Positions 52,443 through 57,566 of a stretch of DNA of 57,566 nucleotides are shown here, one piece after another. A program made the translations under genes and the position numbers. How positions within the stretch are numbered: position 1 is the stretch's first letter; each line of letters begins with the position of its first letter. Under the pieces are notes generated by a model that saw only the letters and a list, made by a program, of their open reading frames with translations, did not search any database and was not told the DNA's origin. This DNA is from Nitrospirota bacterium (lineage in GTDB: Bacteria > Nitrospirota > Nitrospiria > Nitrospirales > NS-4): the NCBI GenBank assembly GCA_004298335.1, contig SCTG01000101.1, positions 1 through 57,566 on the forward strand, read 5' to 3'.

Positions 52443-53543
52443 TTACAGCGCGCCCACCAAGTAGATGCTGCCCGTCGGTTGCGGCTTCCCGCCCGCCGGT
52501 TCCATGCTCACGGCGAACTGTCTGATCTTCGCGACCTCGGGAATGTTCTGAATCATCACGCGGCCCTTGCGCCCGCGGTCGAGCGAAAAGACGCCGGCGC
52601 TGACCGGCTTGGGCGTATCGGTGATGATCCAGAGCTGGTAGGTCTTGCCCGCCGGCAGGGCGGGCAGGTTGTTCGCGTAAAAGAATCCCCGCCGCAGTTC
52701 CGGCTCCACGAACACCATGGCGTAGGCGTCCTTGGCGAGCTCGCTTCCGTGCAGATCCGCCATTCTGGCGTAGGGAGAGGAAAAGATACGGAGGATGTCC
52801 TCCGTGGATTTGCCCGGACGGGCCGCCTGGAGGATTTCGATCTGTTCCTGGTGCTTGGCCAGCAGCTCGTGCGTGGTGCCCAGGGCCTTGATGGCGCGGT
52901 TCAGTTCCGATGTCGCCTTGGCCAGATCGCGCTGGCGCGCTTCAAGCTGGCGTTCGAGATCGGATGCCTTGAGGTTCGCCTTGGCAACCGCCATCCGGTC
53001 ATCGACATAGGCCGCCCGCTCGGCTTCGAGCGTCGCGTGCAGGTAATAGGCGTATCCGCCGGCGCCCAGGAGCAGAGCGGCCAGCGAGGCGGCGAGCGCC
53101 ATGAATTGTCCGGCCGGCCGATCCCGCCAGGAGGAAGTCTTCCGGCGGATCCGGGACGGCGCCGGTTCGGGAAAGCCCAGTGTCGTCTGCGGGGATTCGC
53201 GCGACGGGATCCAGTCCGACGGCGCAGACGGGATGTCGGCTTTCGGAGAAGGATCGGCCGGTTTTACCGGCGGTAATTCCAACGTCGCCGCGGCTGCCGG
53301 AATCTCCGCCGGCGCGTCCTGTCCGGCGATCGCCTTCATGATCCTGGCCTTGAGCCCGGCCGGAGGCGCCGTTGCCGTCAGGGCGAAGGGCAGCATGGCC
53401 GCCGTGGACTGGTACTGTCTGAGCAAGGCGCTGCAGCGCGGGCATCCGGACGCCAGGTGCGACTCGACCTCGCAGGCCGAATCCGGCTCCAGTGTGCCGA
53501 GGGCGTACAGGCTCAGGCTTTCTTCCAGTTGCTCGTGGTCCAT
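52443..53543 (-). CDS. Membrane anti-sigma factor (RskA-like C-terminal domain)
   Basis: N-terminal anti-sigma domain (LSLYALGTLEPD..HLASGCPRC), central TM (FMALAASLAALLLGAGGYAYYL), coiled-coil, and C-terminal anti-sigma-K-type domain (YQLWII...AVSMEPAGG). 4 nt downstream of the sigma gene. Confidence 0.85.
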   Translation of the reverse strand: MDHEQLEESLSLYALGTLEPDSACEVESHLASGCPRCSALLRQYQSTAAMLPFALTATAPPAGLKARIMKAIAGQDAPAEIPAAAATLELPPVKPADPSPKADIPSAPSDWIPSRESPQTTLGFPEPAPSRIRRKTSSWRDRPAGQFMALAASLAALLLGAGGYAYYLHATLEAERAAYVDDRMAVAKANLKASDLERQLEARQRDLAKATSELNRAIKALGTTHELLAKHQEQIEILQAARPGKSTEDILRIFSSPYARMADLHGSELAKDAYAMVFVEPELRRGFFYANNLPALPAGKTYQLWIITDTPKPVSAGVFSLDRGRKGRVMIQNIPEVAKIRQFAVSMEPAGGKPQPTGSIYLVGAL

Positions 53544-53547
53544 TTCC

Positions 53548-54156
53548 CTACTCGGCCAGGCCGAGATCCTCTTCCCATAAGGGTTGCAGGCCGTCCCGAA
53601 GCTTTTCCATCGCCAGCCGGATTCTGGTCTTGATCGTGCCCAGGGGCACGTTCAGCCGTTCCGAGATTTCCACGTGGGTCAGCCCCTCGTAGTACGCAAG
53701 CTCGATCGCCTGGCGCTGCACCAGCGGCAGGGTCTCGAGAGCCTTCCAGATGAGAGCCTGGCGTTCATTCGCGGCGCGCAGTTCCAGGGCGTCCGCACCC
53801 GTGGCGATCAGGGCCCCAGCCGGCGTGTCGTCAAGCGAGGCGGTCACGCCCTTCCCCCTGGAGCCGAGCGCGCGCACCCGGTCGATGGCGCGGCTTCTGG
53901 CCAGCGTGACCAGCCAGGCCATCGGCGTCCCGCGCGCGTGATCGTAATTCGAGGCCTTGCGCCAGACCTCCAGATAGACCTCCTGCAGGAGGTCCGCCGC
54001 GTCTCCCTGGCTCCCCACGATCCGCGCGACGAGGGTAAACAGCAACGGACTCGACTGTTCGTAGAGCTGTTCGAACGCCGCCTGATCTCCCTTGGCGACT
54101 CGGGCCATGAGGTCGGGGGCGACGGTCGGGGAACTCTGCGGAATCGGAGCGTCCAT
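53548..54156 (-). CDS. ECF-type RNA polymerase sigma factor
   Basis: Region 2 (DLLQEVYLEVWRKASNYD...WLVTLARSRAIDRVR) and region 4 HTH (LPLVQRQAIELAYYEGLTHVEISERLNVPLGTIKTRI). Confidence 0.92.
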   Translation of the reverse strand: MDAPIPQSSPTVAPDLMARVAKGDQAAFEQLYEQSSPLLFTLVARIVGSQGDAADLLQEVYLEVWRKASNYDHARGTPMAWLVTLARSRAIDRVRALGSRGKGVTASLDDTPAGALIATGADALELRAANERQALIWKALETLPLVQRQAIELAYYEGLTHVEISERLNVPLGTIKTRIRLAMEKLRDGLQPLWEEDLGLAE

Positions 54157-54195
54157 GCGCCTGGCGGCGGCCCTCTAGGGAAATCTGAGGAGCGC

Positions 54196-54224
54196 ATCAT
54201 ACCATTTACGGATGGGGACGGCAA
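54196..54224 (-). promoter_or_regulatory. Candidate promoter, TTGCCG-17-TATGAT (extended -10 TGG), upstream of the ECF sigma gene
   Basis: On the minus strand, TTGCCG is at 54224-54219 and TATGAT at 54201-54196. It lies about 40 nt upstream of the ATG at 54156. Confidence 0.3.
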
Positions 54225-54314
54225 AAAGATGCGTCTGTCACGGAGTTTTCCGGAGGACGCCGATTTGAAATCGACCGGGTGGAGAGAGTACGATTCCATA
54301 CGCAGGGAAAATCA

Positions 54315-55148
54315 ATGCTGACGCCGACCCGATGGACCCAATTCACCTCCTGGTGGCGCCAGGCCGCCAAGCGCCTGGGCGTGGAGCCCCAGTGCGAGGC
54401 CTTTCTCTCTCCGGAGTCAGGCGGGATGGAAGCCCTCATGAAGGTCGCCGGTGCGCAGGGAGACCTCGATTACGTACTGTTCGTGCTGCTCCGGTACTGG
54501 GTGCCGCCCATCCTGCCGCCGGCGGGCAGGGAGCGCATGGCGAAGGGCGACGCCGACTACTGGATCGAGTCGGAGCGGGTCCTCAAGCAGGCCGTGAATC
54601 GGCTGCGCGAGCTCCGTCCCTTCCTGCAGATGCTCACGGAGTCGCATCCCGACCCCAATCCGCAACCGTCCGCGCCGCCGTCGCAGGCGGACAGCGCCTC
54701 GCCGCCAGAGCTGGATCTGTCGGCGCTGCTCGAGGGGATCGCCGAGGCGGCGGGCAGGCTCGGGGGGCCGGATTACACCTCCGTCGTCAAGAGCCTCAAC
54801 TCCACGCCGTTCCGCCAGGTCGTCCACTTCCGGCACAACAAGAAGCACAGCACCGAAGTGTGGGTGGTCTTCCTGCTCAAGGAGCACCTGCGGTCGCTGG
54901 GGCTGGGCAAGGACCGGGCCTGGCCGATCGTGTGCGACGTGGTGACGGCGGCCGGCGTGCGCAACGCGGAGGGCGAGCCGTACCAGCCCGACGAGCTCAA
55001 GTCCTGGTGGACGAAGCAGTGGCCGCGGTCCTACGCACTGCTCACCGCCAAGGACGCCTCCGTCCAGCTCAGCGAGTCCGCCTACCAGAGCGACTACCAG
55101 TGGTTCCAGGCGTGGATGGCCCACCAACTCGAAACGCAACGCGAGTGA
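54315..55148 (+). CDS. Hypothetical 277-aa protein, translationally coupled to the downstream TPR lipoprotein
   Basis: ATG at 54315 (MLTPTRWTQFTSWW). Trp-rich termini and a central Pro/Ser linker. No family recognised. Its stop overlaps the next start (GTGA). Confidence 0.55.
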   Translation: MLTPTRWTQFTSWWRQAAKRLGVEPQCEAFLSPESGGMEALMKVAGAQGDLDYVLFVLLRYWVPPILPPAGRERMAKGDADYWIESERVLKQAVNRLRELRPFLQMLTESHPDPNPQPSAPPSQADSASPPELDLSALLEGIAEAAGRLGGPDYTSVVKSLNSTPFRQVVHFRHNKKHSTEVWVVFLLKEHLRSLGLGKDRAWPIVCDVVTAAGVRNAEGEPYQPDELKSWWTKQWPRSYALLTAKDASVQLSESAYQSDYQWFQAWMAHQLETQRE

Positions 55149-57566
55149 AGATTTTCTTTGTCGCGTGCGTGCTGGCGCTTGTCGTGACGGCGGGCTGCGA
55201 CTTCAAGCTCACGCCGAAGAGGCCGGTTGCCGATCTTCCGCCTCCCGCAAGCTCGGAAAAAACCAACGAGCTGGTCGAGCTCAACCGAAAGGTGCAGGAA
55301 CTCCAGCAGGACGGACGATATGCCGAGGCGATTCCGCCCGCGCAGCGGGCCGCCGAGCTGTACGAGCAGCACCTGGGGCCCGAGCATCCCTATACGGCCA
55401 CGGCGGTGACGACCCTGGCGGAGCTCTACCGCGCGAACGGGGAGTACGCCAAGGCAGAGCCGCTGTTCCAGCAGGTGCTGGCCGTCCGTGAAAAAACGCT
55501 CGGGACCGGCCACCCCGACGTGGCGGAGGTGCTGAACGCTCTGGGGCTTTTGTATGCCGCCGCCGGCGACTACGCTAAGGCCGAGCCCACGTACCGGCGC
55601 GCGCTGGCCATCCGGGAAAACGCCCAGGGGGGCGGCCATCCCGACGTGGCGACCGCTCTGAACAATCTGGCGTTGCTGTACGATGCGACCGGCAATCCCA
55701 CCAGGGCCGAACCGCTCTATCAGCAGGCGCTGGCCATTCGCGAGCAGGCGCTCGGCCGCGAGCACCCGCTCGTCGCAGTCGTGCTGAACAACCTGGCCGT
55801 GTCGCTCGACGCGACCGGCAGTCCCGCCAAGGCCGAGCCCCTGCACCAGCAGGCGCTGGCCATCCGCGAGAAAGCGTTCGGGCCGAACCATCCCGATGTG
55901 GCCGCGTCGCTGAACAACCTGGCGGATCTGTACCGCGTCGGCGGCAACTTCAAGAAAGCCGAGCCCCTGTATCAGCGGGCGCTGGCCATTCGCGAGCGGG
56001 CGCTCGGCCCCGGACACCCCGATGTCGCGACGACGCTGCACAACCTCGCGGAGCTGTACCGTGCGAATGGGAACGGCGGCAAAGCCGAGCCCCTGTATCA
56101 GCGGGCGCTGGCCATCCGCGAGCAGGCGCTCGGCCCCGAGCACCCGAAAACCGCCGCCACGCTCGGCAGCCTGGGCGCGTTGTATGCGGGCAGGGGCGAC
56201 TTCGCAAAGGCGGAGTCCGCGTACCGGCGGGCGCTGGCCATCCGGGAGAAGGCGAAGGGCGCCGACCACCCGGATGTCGCCGTCGCGGCCGGCGATCTGG
56301 CGGCGCTCTATAAAAAAGCCGGGGACTACGGGCAGGCGGAACCCCTGTATCGCCGGGCGCTCAGGATTCAGGAAAAGGCGCTCGGCCCCACCCATCGCAA
56401 TTTGGTGGCGCCGCTCACCAACCTGGCGTCGCTGTATGAAGCCGCCGGGAACTACGAGAAGGCGGAGCCGCTGTACCAACGGGTGCTGGAGATTCACGAG
56501 AAGGTGTTCGGCTCCGAGCATCCCAAGGTGGCGGCCGACCTGAGCAACCTCGGCTCGCTGTCCGCCGCCCTCGGGAATACCGGGAAGGCCGAATCTTTTT
56601 ACCGTCGGGCGCTGGACGTGCGCGAGAAAGTCCTCGGCACCGGCCATCCCAGCGTCGCGACCGAACTGAATAACCTGGCCGCGCTCTATCGCGAGAGAGG
56701 AGACCGCGCGAAGGCGGAGTCCCTGGTGAAACAGGCGCTGGAGATCGATGAGCTATCGCTCGGCCCCAACCATCCCAACGTGGCGACCGACCTGAGCAAC
56801 CTGGCTGCGCTCTATCGCGATGCGGGGAACGATGCGCGGGCGAAGCCGCTGTTGCGGCGGGCGTTGACGATCGATGAGGCCGCGCTCGGGCCGGCCCATC
56901 CCACGACGGCGGCCTCGCTCTATAACCTGGCGCAGTTGTACCAGTCCATGGGGGAGAGCGCGAGCGCGACGCCGCTGTTCCGCCGCGCGCTCGCGATCCA
57001 GGAACAGACATGGGGATCCGGCCATCCGGAGACGGTGGACGCGCTCGGCAGCCTCGTTGCGGTCTATAAGGCCGCCGGGGAGTTCGCGAAGGCCGAACCG
57101 CTGGCCCGGAGGCTGCTGCTGATCAGGGAGAAGACCGTCGGTCCCGACCATCCCGCGGTGGCGCAGGCGCTCATCATGCTCGCGGGGCTTGCCGCCTCGC
57201 AGCAGCACTATCAGGAGGCGGCCGGCCTGTTCAAGCGGGGGCTTGCGCTCCAGGAGAAACAGCTTCGAAACGGCGTTTCCGTTCTGGAGGACGCGCAACG
57301 GCCGGCGCCCGTCCGTTCCCTGTCCGGAGACCTGTTCATGTCCCTCTCGCTGATCCAGCAGCACCTGAAGGGGGATCCGGGTGCGGCACGGGACGGGCTG
57401 GAACTGGTGTTGCGCCGCAAGAAGGCCGGCCTGGACGCGGAGTTCTGGGCCAGCGAGGAGATGCGGGACCGGTTGCCCGCGGAGGCCGGGCGCGAGTGGC
57501 GGGAGCTCGAGGCGGCGCGCGGCGAACTAGCGCGGCTCGTCCGTCACAAGCCGGGGCGGATGGGCT
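55145..57566 (+). CDS. Lipoprotein with ~15 TPR (TPR_12-like, 42-aa) repeats, 3'-truncated by the window; probably the N-terminal part of a TPR-CHAT-type protein
   Basis: Not in the supplied ORF track because there is no stop in the window. GTG at 55145: VKIFFVACVLALVVTAGC (lipobox), then repeats of AEPLYQRALAIREKALGPxHPDVATxLNNLAxLY. I checked the frame by hand at 55145, 55955 and 56621. The tail (LELVLRRKKAGLDAEF...) resembles pre-CHAT regions, from memory. Confidence 0.85.
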   Translation, partial: MKIFFVACVLALVVTAGCDFKLTPKRPVADLPPPASSEKTNELVELNRKVQELQQDGRYAEAIPPAQRAAELYEQHLGPEHPYTATAVTTLAELYRANGEYAKAEPLFQQVLAVREKTLGTGHPDVAEVLNALGLLYAAAGDYAKAEPTYRRALAIRENAQGGGHPDVATALNNLALLYDATGNPTRAEPLYQQALAIREQALGREHPLVAVVLNNLAVSLDATGSPAKAEPLHQQALAIREKAFGPNHPDVAASLNNLADLYRVGGNFKKAEPLYQRALAIRERALGPGHPDVATTLHNLAELYRANGNGGKAEPLYQRALAIREQALGPEHPKTAATLGSLGALYAGRGDFAKAESAYRRALAIREKAKGADHPDVAVAAGDLAALYKKAGDYGQAEPLYRRALRIQEKALGPTHRNLVAPLTNLASLYEAAGNYEKAEPLYQRVLEIHEKVFGSEHPKVAADLSNLGSLSAALGNTGKAESFYRRALDVREKVLGTGHPSVATELNNLAALYRERGDRAKAESLVKQALEIDELSLGPNHPNVATDLSNLAALYRDAGNDARAKPLLRRALTIDEAALGPAHPTTAASLYNLAQLYQSMGESASATPLFRRALAIQEQTWGSGHPETVDALGSLVAVYKAAGEFAKAEPLARRLLLIREKTVGPDHPAVAQALIMLAGLAASQQHYQEAAGLFKRGLALQEKQLRNGVSVLEDAQRPAPVRSLSGDLFMSLSLIQQHLKGDPGAARDGLELVLRRKKAGLDAEFWASEEMRDRLPAEAGREWRELEAARGELARLVRHKPGRMG

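Noticed and set aside
51309-53276. 655-aa plus-strand ORF crossing the FGE gene and the anti-sigma gene
   Set aside because: It is out of frame with the FGE domain and antisense to the anti-sigma factor. Arg/Gly-rich. It crosses a convergent gene junction.
55094-56647. 517-aa minus-strand ORF with its own internal repeats (…LLADGQRPLIQGLGF…)
   Set aside because: It is the antisense image of the 126-bp TPR repeats. The plus strand gives canonical TPR_12 consensus and a lipoprotein signal.
55300-57200. Regular ~126-bp DNA periodicity considered as a possible CRISPR-like or satellite array
   Set aside because: The period equals 42 codons in one continuous open frame encoding TPR units. There is no repeat-spacer architecture and no cas genes.

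Overview
This is a GC-rich segment (about 65-70% in most genes by hand counts) of a diderm bacterial chromosome; lpxD, lnt and lolCD are present. Gene content and order suggest a Nitrospirota-like organism, but I cannot verify that. Most of the window is tightly packed housekeeping genes, often with overlapping start and stop codons: clpC-tsaD-hflX-nth-yicC-gmk-rpoZ-coaBC-TPR-aroQ-efp-accBC-thiE, trpFBA, lnt-prfB-lysS-lolCD, fumC, nadK and addBA. Accessory-looking parts are at the two ends. The left end (1-5.7 kb) has a type I secretion ABC/MFP pair with a degenerate C39 domain, followed by a lower-GC islet with a PAS protein and lipoproteins. The right end (50.7-57.6 kb) has an FGE-sulfatase-domain membrane protein directly after addA, an ECF sigma/anti-sigma pair, an unknown protein, and a long TPR lipoprotein that runs off the window and is missing from the ORF track. 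I could not identify a clear-cut new multi-gene system. The most unusual signal I can show directly is a 63-bp palindromic element that is stop-free in all six frames. It sits in-frame in two unrelated essential genes, coaBC and addB, in opposite orientations with 59/63 identity, resembling Rickettsia palindromic elements. Other notable items are a 129-nt nested inverted-repeat element upstream of addB, the prfB +1 frameshift site embedded in the lnt 3' end, a probable non-canonical hflX start, and candidate leaderless trpF and lysS transcripts. The many long antisense ORFs in the track are GC-driven shadow ORFs.
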